Both the position numbers and the translations under genes were made by a program. Under the pieces are notes generated by a model. The model had not been told where the DNA came from and made no database searches. It worked only from the letters and a program-made list of their open reading frames with translations. Below are positions 28,139 to 37,108 of a stretch of DNA of 64,000 nt, in pieces. Each line of letters starts with the position of its first letter. The first letter of the stretch is position 1. Where the stretch lies: assembly GCA_035280025.1 (NCBI GenBank), contig DATEGT010000195.1, positions 698-64,697 on the forward strand. The letters run 5' to 3'. This stretch comes from Burkholderiales bacterium (lineage in GTDB: Bacteria > Pseudomonadota > Gammaproteobacteria > Burkholderiales > SG8-39).

Positions 28139-29313
28139 CAGGCGGCGTGCAGCCGGCGGAACCCCGCGTCCAAGTCCGAAATCAGATCCTCGACGTTCTC
28201 CAGACCGGCGTGGATCCGGAAGGAGGGGCCCTTGTGCGGCCAGCGCGTGGCCGTGCGCATCTCTCCGGGGTCGAAGGGAACGATCAGGCTTTCGAATCCG
28301 CCCCAGGACGATCCGATCCCGAACAGCTCCAAGCCGTCGATCATCGCGCACAGGGCCCGATCGCTGATCCCCTCCTTGAGAACGACGCTGAAAAGGCCGG
28401 AGGCACCGCTGAAATCGCGCTTCCAGATCGCGTGTCCCGGATCCCCGGGGAGCGCAGGGTAAAGCACGCGCTCGACCTCGGGCCGGCGTACGATCCATTC
28501 GGCCAGCGCAAGCCCCGCCGCCCAATGCTGTTTCAGCCGCACAGCCAGCGTGCGCAGGCCCCGCTGCCCCAGATAGATATCGTCCGGCCCTGCGGTTTGG
28601 CCGAGCTCATACGTCGAGGCCTTCAGCTTCTGCCACGCGTGCTTTGCGCAGGTGACCGCACCGAGCATGGCGTCGGAGTGGCCGACGATGTATTTGGTCG
28701 CCGATTGCACCGACACGTCGATGCCGTGGACAAAAGGCTTGAAATAGAGCGGAGTCGCCCAGGTATTGTCGGCGATCACCGTGATCCCGCGACGACGCGC
28801 AAGCTCGCCGATGGCCGGCGTGTCCTGCATCTCGAAAGTGAGCGAACCCGGCGACTCGAGATAGACCACCCGGGTTTCAGGCCGCATCAGCGAATCTATC
28901 GATGAACCCGCCAGCGGATCGAAGAAGGTCGTGCTCACTCCGAATCGAGCGAGGAATCCCTTGGCGAAATTGCGCGTGGGACCGTAGACGCTGTCGCTCA
29001 TGAGGACATGGTCTCCCGAGGACAGATACGCGAGCAACGCTCCAGCACAGGCGGCGAGCCCGGAGGGATAGAGCAGCGTCCGATGCCCCCCCTCGAGGAC
29101 AGCGATAGCTTCCCGCAGGGCTTCGGTCGTGGGCGTGCCGTAGCGCCCATAGAAAGTGCCCGGCTGCTCGAGCAGCCAGTCCTTTCGCCTGCGGCGGAAT
29201 TCCTCGACAGTCGGCGAAAGGATTGTCGAAGCGTGGTACACGGGAGGATTTACGGCGCCATGATGCCGCTCTGGGTGAAGTCCGGAATGGACGATGGTCG
29301 TCTCTTCGTGCAT
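28138..29313 (-). CDS. metC: cystathionine beta-lyase (PLP-dependent, Cys/Met metabolism family)
   Basis: 391 aa, MHEETTIVHSGLHPERHHGAVNPPVY...SATKYIVGHSD (PLP lysine motif). Confidence 0.8.
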   Translation of the reverse strand: MHEETTIVHSGLHPERHHGAVNPPVYHASTILSPTVEEFRRRRKDWLLEQPGTFYGRYGTPTTEALREAIAVLEGGHRTLLYPSGLAACAGALLAYLSSGDHVLMSDSVYGPTRNFAKGFLARFGVSTTFFDPLAGSSIDSLMRPETRVVYLESPGSLTFEMQDTPAIGELARRRGITVIADNTWATPLYFKPFVHGIDVSVQSATKYIVGHSDAMLGAVTCAKHAWQKLKASTYELGQTAGPDDIYLGQRGLRTLAVRLKQHWAAGLALAEWIVRRPEVERVLYPALPGDPGHAIWKRDFSGASGLFSVVLKEGISDRALCAMIDGLELFGIGSSWGGFESLIVPFDPGEMRTATRWPHKGPSFRIHAGLENVEDLISDLDAGFRRLHAA

Positions 29314-29422
29314 GAGGCCCTCTCTCGACGTCTGGACAGGCGGATGCGGCTATTCTGACAGCAACGGGACGCCATGTAGTCCAACGTACAATGGCGGTCG
29401 CTTTTGGGGGGCAGAGCACTTC

Positions 29423-30862
29423 GTGATTCCGGCAACTCACACCGTTAGGGCCATCGCTCGGCTCGCCTGGCCTGTTCTCGTCGCTCAGCTCGCGGTCATC
29501 GCGAGCGGGGTGCTGGACACGGTAATGGCGGGCCGTTACAGCGCGGTCGATCTCGCCGCAGTCGGGATAGGCGCGAGCATCTACTTCAGCGTCTTCATCG
29601 GTTTGATGGGTGTCGTGCAGGCTCTCTCTCCCATCGCGGGCCAGCTGTTCGGCGGGAAGCACTACGAGCGAATCGGGGAGGAGACGCGGCAGACTGCTTG
29701 GCTCGCGCTCGCGCTGTCTGCGCTCGGGGTACTTCTGCTCGCCTTCCCCGAGCCGTTCTTGAGGTTGTCGGGAGCGCCTCCCGAGGTCGAGGTGCGGACC
29801 CGGGCCTACCTGCAGGGTATCGCCTGGGCCCTGCCCGCTATGCTGCAGTTTCGCGTTTTCTTCGCTCTCACGACCGCGGTGTCGCGCCCGCGCGCCGTCA
29901 TGGCGATCAACCTAGTCTACTTTGTCACCAAGATCCCACTGAACGCCCTGTTCATCTACGGTGCGCTCGGCGCGCCCGAACTGGGTGGGCCCGGCTGCGC
30001 CGTCGCGACCGCGATCTCGAGCTGGCTTGTCGTCGCCCTTGCCTGGATCTATTGCGCCCGACATCCTTTCTACGAGCCGTTTCGCGTGTTTGACCGGTGG
30101 TCATGGCCGGACCCGGGTATTCTCTGGAACCACCTCAAGCTGGGTGTCCCGATGGGGCTCGCCCTCTTCGTGGAGGTCACGTCGTTCACCTTCATGGCGA
30201 TATTCCTCGCCCGCCTCGGGGCTGCAACCTCGGCGGGACATCAGATCGCGTCGAACGTCACCGCGGTCTTCTACATGTTCGGGCTCGCGGTAGGGAACGC
30301 GACCGGAGTGCTCATTGCTCAAGCGGTCGGGGCCCGCGACCTCGTGCGGGCGCGGCATACCGGATTCACCGGAATGCGCATGATGCTCGGCGTTTCCGTC
30401 TGCGCCGGCGCGCTGATCTCCCTATCCGCACCGCATATCGTCGCTCTCTATTCGTACGACCCGAATGTGCGGGCGCTCGCCAGCAGGCTGTTGCTTTACG
30501 TTGCGCTCTTCCAGATCTTCGATACGGCGCAAGTCGTGATCGTGAACGCGCTGCGAGGCTACAGGATCACATTCATCCCCATGCTGGTCTACACCATCGC
30601 CCTGTGGGGGATCGGACTGGGAGGAGGCTACGCATTGGGCCTGGAGGAAATTCCGGTCGCGAGCGTGATCGGGCTCACGACGCCCATGGGGGCGGCCGGG
30701 TTCTGGCTCGCTGGAGTCGCAAGCCTCGTCGTTGCAAGCTCTATCCTGCTCGCCTACTTTGCGCGGGCCAGCGCTTCGCCGCCTGCTTCCGGTTCCGCCG
30801 GCCTAGACCCCGGGACGGGCGAGGGCGGGCAAAGCGGGGGCGGCAGCCGCGGCACGTCCTGA
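29423..30862 (+). CDS. MATE family efflux transporter (NorM-like)
   Basis: GTG 29423 chosen (VIPATHTVRAIARLAWPVLVAQLAVIASGVLDTVMAG). 12-TM MATE pattern with a low-complexity ~30-aa C-terminal tail. Confidence 0.8.
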   Translation: MIPATHTVRAIARLAWPVLVAQLAVIASGVLDTVMAGRYSAVDLAAVGIGASIYFSVFIGLMGVVQALSPIAGQLFGGKHYERIGEETRQTAWLALALSALGVLLLAFPEPFLRLSGAPPEVEVRTRAYLQGIAWALPAMLQFRVFFALTTAVSRPRAVMAINLVYFVTKIPLNALFIYGALGAPELGGPGCAVATAISSWLVVALAWIYCARHPFYEPFRVFDRWSWPDPGILWNHLKLGVPMGLALFVEVTSFTFMAIFLARLGAATSAGHQIASNVTAVFYMFGLAVGNATGVLIAQAVGARDLVRARHTGFTGMRMMLGVSVCAGALISLSAPHIVALYSYDPNVRALASRLLLYVALFQIFDTAQVVIVNALRGYRITFIPMLVYTIALWGIGLGGGYALGLEEIPVASVIGLTTPMGAAGFWLAGVASLVVASSILLAYFARASASPPASGSAGLDPGTGEGGQSGGGSRGTS

Positions 30863-31402
30863 ATCAGGCCGGGCGCCGCTTCTGGCTTGCGCCTCGGTCA
30901 GCGCCGCGATATCGCCGGAGATTTCGCCGCCTTCCTCGATCGTAAGCTTGCCGTAGCGGATCTTCCCGGACACCTTTCCCGTGGCGCAGACCAGCAGGTG
31001 CTTGCGCACGGTCAGCTCGCCCTCGAGGCATCCGCGGATCTCCGCCATGTCGACTCCCGCCTTCCCGGCGAACACGCCCCTCTCCGAGATCTGGATGACG
31101 CGGCTGTCCATCGAGGCTTCTACACGCCCCTCGACGATCAGCGTATCGCAGTCGGTAATCTCGGCGCCCTTCAACTTGATGTCGGGACCGACGATGAGCT
31201 TGCTCGGGGTACTGTCCTCGGAACGCACGGGCTTGGTCTCCTCGCGCTGGATCGGCGGGACCGGCTTGGCCGGCTCTATCTTGAATGCGTCCGGCCTTGC
31301 GGCGTCGGCACCCGGGGGGGACAGGGCCTCCTGCAGACGGCTGTACGGCGATTGAACCCGCGGGGATTGCGGAAGGTCTCGCTTGCGAAAGTTGTCCAAC
31401 AC
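30803..31402 (-). CDS. bactofilin (polymer-forming cytoskeletal protein, DUF583)
   Basis: 199 aa, GTG start with SD GAGGAG. Pro-rich N-terminus followed by the beta-helical repeat core LIVGPDIKLKGAEITDCDTLIVEGRVEASM...GKVSGKIRYGKLTIEEGGEISGDI. Confidence 0.85.
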   Translation of the reverse strand: MLDNFRKRDLPQSPRVQSPYSRLQEALSPPGADAARPDAFKIEPAKPVPPIQREETKPVRSEDSTPSKLIVGPDIKLKGAEITDCDTLIVEGRVEASMDSRVIQISERGVFAGKAGVDMAEIRGCLEGELTVRKHLLVCATGKVSGKIRYGKLTIEEGGEISGDIAALTEAQARSGARPDSGRAAAAAPALPALARPGV

Positions 31403-31475
31403 AAATTACTCCTCTCGTTCTGTGGGTGATCGGCCGCCGCGGAAGAGCCCGCGGGCCCGGATCGAGTTCGCGACT

Positions 31476-31491
31476 AGCAACGTGCATGCCA
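31476..31491 (-). promoter_or_regulatory. sigma-54 (-24/-12) promoter candidate upstream of the bactofilin gene
   Basis: The minus strand reads TGGCATGCACGTTGCT, against the consensus TGGCAC-N5-TTGCW. About 75 nt upstream of the GTG at 31402. Confidence 0.55.
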
Positions 31492-31509
31492 CGCGCAACT
31501 TGCGTTCAA

Positions 31510-31522
31510 AATCATTCGATTG
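31510..31522. promoter_or_regulatory. IHF-like site between the inverted repeat and the sigma-54 promoter
   Basis: AATCATTCGATTG against WATCAANNNNTTR (one mismatch), in an AT-richer stretch. Confidence 0.3.
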
Positions 31523-31550
31523 ATCCGGAGCGATCGTCGGACGCGGGGCA

Positions 31551-31576
31551 GTCGCGTCGCCTGCGAGCGACGCGAC
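31551..31576. promoter_or_regulatory. perfect 10-bp inverted repeat (candidate enhancer/UAS, or hairpin after the methyltransferase gene)
   Basis: GTCGCGTCGC-ctgcga-GCGACGCGAC. Centred roughly 100 nt upstream of the predicted sigma-54 start site. Confidence 0.45.
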
Positions 31577-31676
31577 CTCGAGGCGCTTCGCTCAAGCGGC
31601 TGTTTGCAATGAGAATGGCCAGTCGGGACCCGGCGACAGACATGACGCGCCGTGTCAGCGCGCCAAGCGAAAACTG

Positions 31677-32447
31677 CTACATCACGCTGCCTTCCGCCGC
31701 CGGGTCTTGGCCGGGTTTCACGAACTTCAGCGCGAATTCGTCCACCGGCGTCTGCGGCCGGAACACGACCGTGTCGCGCAGGTCTCCGGGATTACGCAGG
31801 AAATTCCCTTCCTCGACCAACTTGAACCCTGCCGCTTCGATTTCCCTGCGCAACGTGGACTCCTCGATCCGATGCAGGGTCTTCGCCACGCCGGTCCCCG
31901 CCCCCGGCTGCGCGGAGTGGTCGGTCACCACGAGTACCCCGCCCGGTTTCAACGCGTCGAACAGTGCCCGATTCATCTTCGCCCGGTCCACCGGCATGAA
32001 CGCAGTGTCGTGATACGCGAAGAAGAAGGTTACGAGGTCGAGCTGACGCGCATCGGGCGGAACCGGATCGTCGTAGTCGCGCGGTACCCGGACCACGTTG
32101 CGCATCGCCGGGCTCCTGGCGCGCTCTTCGAACCGTTCCCGCGCCCGCGGAGACCCGGCCGGCGACTCCTGCGCGTAGACCTTCCCGCGCGGGCCGACGG
32201 CCCTGGCGAGAAGCTCCGTCGAGTACCCCGCGCCCGCGCCCATGTCGAGCACTCTCATGCCTTCACGTACCCCGGTGAAGGCAAGCAGGAGCTCCGGCTT
32301 GCGCCTTACGTCCGTCTGCCGGTCGGCCTCGGAGCGATCGGGGCTCGCCACGATGGCGTGGAAGTCGGGGCGACCGCCGCTCGTCACCGTCGCGCAGCCC
32401 GCGAACACAAATATTGAGAGAAAAGCGATCCGGTGGAACTTGCTCAC
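31677..32447 (-). CDS. class I SAM-dependent methyltransferase with N-terminal signal peptide/lipobox
   Basis: GTG 32447 with SD AAGGAG. Reads VSKFHRIAFLSIFVFAGCATV followed by SAM motif I VLDMGAGAGYST. Confidence 0.75.
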   Translation of the reverse strand: MSKFHRIAFLSIFVFAGCATVTSGGRPDFHAIVASPDRSEADRQTDVRRKPELLLAFTGVREGMRVLDMGAGAGYSTELLARAVGPRGKVYAQESPAGSPRARERFEERARSPAMRNVVRVPRDYDDPVPPDARQLDLVTFFFAYHDTAFMPVDRAKMNRALFDALKPGGVLVVTDHSAQPGAGTGVAKTLHRIEESTLRREIEAAGFKLVEEGNFLRNPGDLRDTVVFRPQTPVDEFALKFVKPGQDPAAEGSVM

Positions 32448-32466
32448 GATGCTCCTTTGGTCTTGG

Positions 32467-33258
32467 TCAGCGTCCTTCGAATTTGGGCGCGCGTTTCTCG
32501 TCGAACGCGCGCAAGCCTTCTCTGCGGTCTTCAGTCCCCACGAGGCGCTCGTAGGCTTCAATCTCGAGCTCCATCCCCGATTCGAGGTCGCGGCGCAGGC
32601 CCTGGTGGATCGCGTGCTTCGCCTGCCGCACGGCAAGAGGAGCCAGGGAGGCTACGCGCTCGGCAACTTGCAGGGCTTCCTGGACGACCGTCGCGGGGTC
32701 GCACAGCCTGTTGACCAGCCCCCAGGCGAGGGCTTCTTCAGCCGAGAAAGGACGCGCCGACAGGATCAGCTCCTTGGCGCGTCGCTCGCCCACGACACGG
32801 GGCAAGGTCTGCGTGCCGCCGCCACCGGGCATTATTCCGAGCGCGACCTCGGTGAGCGCAAACCTCGCCGTGGTGGAGGCGTAGGCAAAATCGCAATGCA
32901 GGACGAGCTCCAGTCCGCCCGCGTAAGCGGCTCCATTGACCGCGGCGACCACCGGGATCGGGCAATCGCGCACGGCGCGAAACATGCGCTCGAAGACCTG
33001 ATGCTGCAAGCGCCATTGCTCGTCGCTGAACGCCCTGCGCTCCTTCAGATCGGCCCCGGCGCAGAACGCCTTTTCTCCCGCCCCCGTGATGACCACGCAG
33101 CGGTACGGCTGTTCGGCCCGGAAGCCTTCGAAAAGTTCACACAACTCGATCGCGGCCTGCGTGTTGAACGCGTTGGCGACCGCCGGACGATCGAGCGTCG
33201 CCAGAAGCGTGCCGTTCGGCCTGTGCTCGACCCGGAGCGTCTCGCGCGTCCTGTCCAT
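32467..33258 (-). CDS. enoyl-CoA hydratase/isomerase family protein
   Basis: 263 aa with crotonase-fold motifs (VVITGAGEKAFCAGADL, GGGLELVLHCD). Confidence 0.9.
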   Translation of the reverse strand: MDRTRETLRVEHRPNGTLLATLDRPAVANAFNTQAAIELCELFEGFRAEQPYRCVVITGAGEKAFCAGADLKERRAFSDEQWRLQHQVFERMFRAVRDCPIPVVAAVNGAAYAGGLELVLHCDFAYASTTARFALTEVALGIMPGGGGTQTLPRVVGERRAKELILSARPFSAEEALAWGLVNRLCDPATVVQEALQVAERVASLAPLAVRQAKHAIHQGLRRDLESGMELEIEAYERLVGTEDRREGLRAFDEKRAPKFEGR

Positions 33259-33301
33259 GTTCCCCCGCCCCGGGGCGGCCTGCGGCGGGAGGTCGGCCGC
33301 T

Positions 33302-33907
33302 CTAGTTGGCCGGCTTCACGCCGTCCTTGCTCACCGAGACGGCCGGAGCCGACAAGGTCCCGTCGGCTGCAACCTGCGCTCCGATGACGACATAGGCTCC
33401 CGGCACGACCATGGAGTGGTCGCCCGGCAAAGCGACGAAGATGGGCGCGTTCTGCGGAACGTGCACCTTCTGGCTCCCGCCCTTGTATTCCAGCGTCAGA
33501 TCGCGGCCGTTCGATGTCGTGACCGTACCGGCCACGATGGCGTTGGTCATCAGGGAACCCGGCTCGAGATCCCAAGGCATGTGCCCTTCGGGAACCTGGC
33601 CGCGGCGGTCGGGGGTAAACACCTGAACCGAGATCGCCTCGAGCGTGCCGTCGGCGCGTTTTCTGGACGCCGGGCCGACGAAATCACCGGGCTTGATGTC
33701 TGCCAGGGTCAGCGCCTTGGCGTAGCGCACGCCGAAATCCGGCTTTAGGTTGATCTTCAGGTTGCTCCCGTCGCGCGACTTGACCGACAGGACGTTGCCG
33801 TCGAGAGCAGTAACGGTGCCGCGGACAAACACGCGCTTTTGGGCATGCACTGCCGTGCTCGCAAGCGCTAGCGCTCCGGCGATGAAAAGAACTGCGGACT
33901 TCTTCAT
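33302..33907 (-). CDS. secreted protein of unknown function
   Basis: Start ATG 33907 with SD AAGGAGG. Signal peptide MKKSAVLFIAGALALASTAVHA. Beta-rich repeats (VRGTVTALDGNVLSV, AGTVTTSNGRDLTL). Confidence 0.6.
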   Translation of the reverse strand: MKKSAVLFIAGALALASTAVHAQKRVFVRGTVTALDGNVLSVKSRDGSNLKINLKPDFGVRYAKALTLADIKPGDFVGPASRKRADGTLEAISVQVFTPDRRGQVPEGHMPWDLEPGSLMTNAIVAGTVTTSNGRDLTLEYKGGSQKVHVPQNAPIFVALPGDHSMVVPGAYVVIGAQVAADGTLSAPAVSVSKDGVKPAN

Positions 33908-34050
33908 GGTCTTGAATCCTCCTTGAGTGGCCGGTATCAGCCTGCCCGCCCCATCCGGGGGGACGATTGGGTTAACGCGATCTGCCCCTCCGCCATTCCG
34001 GGGCACCGCAACTATTCTGACAGATGCGGGGCCGGTCGTCCGTCGCCGGG

Positions 34051-35052
34051 CTAGAGATTCAGCAGCCGCCGTGCGTTTTCGTCCACTATGCTCCGCTTCG
34101 CCGTGTCGTCGAGCCGCGGATGCGCGGTCACGATTTCGACCGGCTTCTCGTAGGCGATGGGAAAGCAGTAGTCGCTGCCCATGAGGACCCGGTCGGCGCC
34201 GATCACTTGCACCAAGTAAGTCAGCACGTGGTCTGAGTAGCCGACCGTATCGTAGTAGAAGCGGCGGAGGTAGTCGACCGGCGCGTGCTTGGTGTGTTTC
34301 AGGTCGGCGCGCTTCTCCCAGCCCCGGTTGAGGCGTCCCACCAACCACGGGAATGCCCCCCCCGAGTGGGGAAGGCAGACGACGAGCTTCGGAAGGCGAT
34401 CGAGGACGCCGCCGAAGATCAGGTGGGCGGCGGCAATCGCCGATTCGAAGGGGTTGCCCAGAAGGTTGGTCAGGTAGTAGCTGCTCAGGCGCTGGTGTCC
34501 GATCACCTCCACCGGATGCAGAAAGAGGGGAAGACCGCTCGCCTCGATGCGCTCGAAAACGGGCAGAAACGCCTGGTCGGAGAGGTCCTTCCCGAGCACC
34601 TGGGTCGCGACGTAGAACCCGCGGATGCCAGGCAGTCCCGCAGCGCGTTCAACCTCCCTGATCGCGAGGTCCGGCTCGTGCATCGGCAAGGTGGCCAAGC
34701 CGACCAAACGTTTCGGGTTGCTTTCGTGCGCCCGCGCGAGCGCATCGTTATAGGTCTCGCTGACGCGCTGTCCCAGGCTTCCCTTCGCCCAGTACACCAT
34801 CGGCTGGGAAAGCGACAGCGCCTGGACTTCGACGCCCTGCTCGTCCATCGCGTGCAGCCTCGTGTCCAGATCGATGAACTTGGGGCCGACCGGGCCGGTC
34901 ACCAAGTGTCCGTGCTTGAACTGCGGTCCTTTGCCTTCGATGATCTTGTATTCGAACCCGTGGCTAGGCCCGTGCTTCTCGATCAGATCGAGGAAACTCT
35001 GCGGAAAGTAGTGCGAGTGAACGTCGATTGCGCGATGCGCGTGCCGGCTCAT
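34051..35052 (-). CDS. amidohydrolase-2 (ACMSD/metal-dependent decarboxylase-hydratase) family protein
   Basis: 333 aa. N-terminal IDVHSHYFP metal-binding motif, plus FLHP and GSDYCFP. Confidence 0.8.
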   Translation of the reverse strand: MSRHAHRAIDVHSHYFPQSFLDLIEKHGPSHGFEYKIIEGKGPQFKHGHLVTGPVGPKFIDLDTRLHAMDEQGVEVQALSLSQPMVYWAKGSLGQRVSETYNDALARAHESNPKRLVGLATLPMHEPDLAIREVERAAGLPGIRGFYVATQVLGKDLSDQAFLPVFERIEASGLPLFLHPVEVIGHQRLSSYYLTNLLGNPFESAIAAAHLIFGGVLDRLPKLVVCLPHSGGAFPWLVGRLNRGWEKRADLKHTKHAPVDYLRRFYYDTVGYSDHVLTYLVQVIGADRVLMGSDYCFPIAYEKPVEIVTAHPRLDDTAKRSIVDENARRLLNL

Positions 35053-35136
35053 GCGACTCCCTTTTTTGTTCTGATTTTACCGCGCCGAACAGCGCCGCAC
35101 CTATAATTCTCGTACGCCGTATCAGGGGAACCGGGA

Positions 35137-36000
35137 ATGGAAGAGCGCATCAGCTTCACGTCCGAAGGGCTAAGGCTCTCCGGCATCCTTCACCTTCCGG
35201 AGGCGCGCGGCAAGCGGCGGGCGGCCTTTCTGGTCCTGCACGGATTCGGGAGCAACAAGGACGGGGGCGGCGGGAAAGCGGTGGCCGGCCTGCTGAGCGG
35301 CCTGGGCTACGCGGCCCTGCGCTTCGATTTTCGCGGTTGCGGCGAGAGCGAGGGGGAACGCGGGCGCGTCATCTGCATGGAGCAAGTCAAAGACACGCGA
35401 AACGCGCTGTCGTTTCTCGCGAGCCGCGCCGAGATCCATCCGCAGCGCATCGGCGTGATCGGACAGAGCTTCGGCGCTGCGGTCGCGGTCTACTCGGCGG
35501 GCGTGGATTGCCGCGTTGCGGCGTGTATCTCGTCGGGCGGCTGGGGCGATGGCGCGAAGAAGTTCCGCAGGCAGCACGCCTCGCCCAGAGCCTGGGCGAA
35601 ATTCGGCAAGATGATGAAGGAGGGACGGCGCCGCCGGCGCTCCGGTGAATCCCTGATGGTGCCGCGTTATGACATTGTTCCCATCCCGCCGCGCCTGCGC
35701 GGCAACCTCGCGCCGGGTTCGATCATGGAGTTTCCTTTCGACGTCGTCGAGAGCATGTACGCATTCAATGCCAACGACGTTGTGGGGAGAATCGCGCCCA
35801 GGCCGCTGCTCCTGCTGCATTCGGCGAGCGACTCCGTGACGCCCACCGAGCAATCCGTCGAGCTCTTCGCTCGCGCCGGAAAGCCTACCGATCTCCACCT
35901 GATCGCCGACGTCGATCATTTCATGTTCTCTGAAGGCAACACGCTGGTGCTCGAGCTCACGCGCAATTGGCTCGACAAGCACTTCCCCGCGGAAGTCTGA
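35137..36000 (+). CDS. alpha/beta hydrolase
   Basis: 287 aa with nucleophile elbow GQSFGA, LVLHGFGSN, and a C-terminal DHF. Confidence 0.8.
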   Translation: MEERISFTSEGLRLSGILHLPEARGKRRAAFLVLHGFGSNKDGGGGKAVAGLLSGLGYAALRFDFRGCGESEGERGRVICMEQVKDTRNALSFLASRAEIHPQRIGVIGQSFGAAVAVYSAGVDCRVAACISSGGWGDGAKKFRRQHASPRAWAKFGKMMKEGRRRRRSGESLMVPRYDIVPIPPRLRGNLAPGSIMEFPFDVVESMYAFNANDVVGRIAPRPLLLLHSASDSVTPTEQSVELFARAGKPTDLHLIADVDHFMFSEGNTLVLELTRNWLDKHFPAEV

Positions 36001-36008
36001 AAGGGCGC

Positions 36009-37079
36009 ATGACCGCGCCCCGAGGCCGCGCCGAGCGCGCGAGGGAGACCGTGACGGCCGAGGCCCTGACGCGCTTTTCGACCGACGTCTTTTCGCGCGC
36101 CGGCCTGGAACGGTCCGACGCGGCGATCGTGGCCGAGGTCCTCGTCTGGGCGAACTTGCGCGGCATCGACACGCACGGCGTGCTGCGCATACCGCGCTAC
36201 GTCGAGCTGATCGAGAGCGGCGACATGAATCCCCGTCCTGCGATCCGCATTCGAACTGAAACCCCCGCTGCGGTCCTCGTCGAGGCCGACCGCGCGGCGG
36301 GTCCGGTGGCGATGATGCGCGGCGTCGCCGAGGCGGTGCGCAAGGCTCGCGACGCCGGCGTCGGCCTCGCTCTGGTGCGCGCCACCACGCATACCGCCGC
36401 GCTCGGATACTACACGCTGAAGATCGCCGGGGAAGGAATGGCCGGAATCGCGCTCGCAGGTTCCTGGCCCAACGTGATCTACCACGGCGCACGCGCCGCC
36501 GGCGTGTCCACCAGCCCGATCTCGATCGCTGTTCCGGGCGGCGCGCCCGTGGTTCTGGACATGGCGACCAGCCTGGTCTCGATGGGCAAGCTGAATCAGG
36601 CGAAGAAGGCCGGGAAACCCATCCCGGAAGGATGGGCTCTCGACGCAAAGGGCAATCCGACGACCGATCCGGAGGCGGCGCAGACGCCGCTGCCCATGGG
36701 CGGCGCCAAGGGCTCGGGCCTGTCCTTCATGGTCGAATGCCTTGCCAGCCTCATCACGTCCAATCCTCTGCTCGCGGAATCGCTGGAAGGCACGCCGGCG
36801 GGCGCGCGGCACCGACAGAACGGTTTCGTGATGGCGATCGATCTCGCGCCGTTCGGCGATCTGGCGCACTTCAGGCACGAGGTTGACCGTCTGGTCAAGG
36901 TACTGAAGGCCCTGCCGCGCGCCGGGAGCACCGAGGAGATCCTCGTGCCCGGCGAGCGTGGTGCCCGAACCCTGCGCGAGCGCAGCCGAGAGGGCATCCC
37001 GCTTCCGCCCGCAGTGCGCGAAGAGCTCCGCGCGTTGGCGGAAAAACTGGGCGTGGCGATGTTCTCTTCCTCGCGTTGA
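36009..37079 (+). CDS. Ldh2-family oxidoreductase (malate/L-lactate dehydrogenase family 2)
   Basis: Start ATG 36009. Contains WANLRGIDTHGVLRIPRYV and GGAKGSGLSFMVE. Confidence 0.8.
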   Translation: MTAPRGRAERARETVTAEALTRFSTDVFSRAGLERSDAAIVAEVLVWANLRGIDTHGVLRIPRYVELIESGDMNPRPAIRIRTETPAAVLVEADRAAGPVAMMRGVAEAVRKARDAGVGLALVRATTHTAALGYYTLKIAGEGMAGIALAGSWPNVIYHGARAAGVSTSPISIAVPGGAPVVLDMATSLVSMGKLNQAKKAGKPIPEGWALDAKGNPTTDPEAAQTPLPMGGAKGSGLSFMVECLASLITSNPLLAESLEGTPAGARHRQNGFVMAIDLAPFGDLAHFRHEVDRLVKVLKALPRAGSTEEILVPGERGARTLRERSREGIPLPPAVREELRALAEKLGVAMFSSSR

Positions 37080-37108
37080 TATACTGCGTGCCCCGAAAGC
37101 AAAGGACC

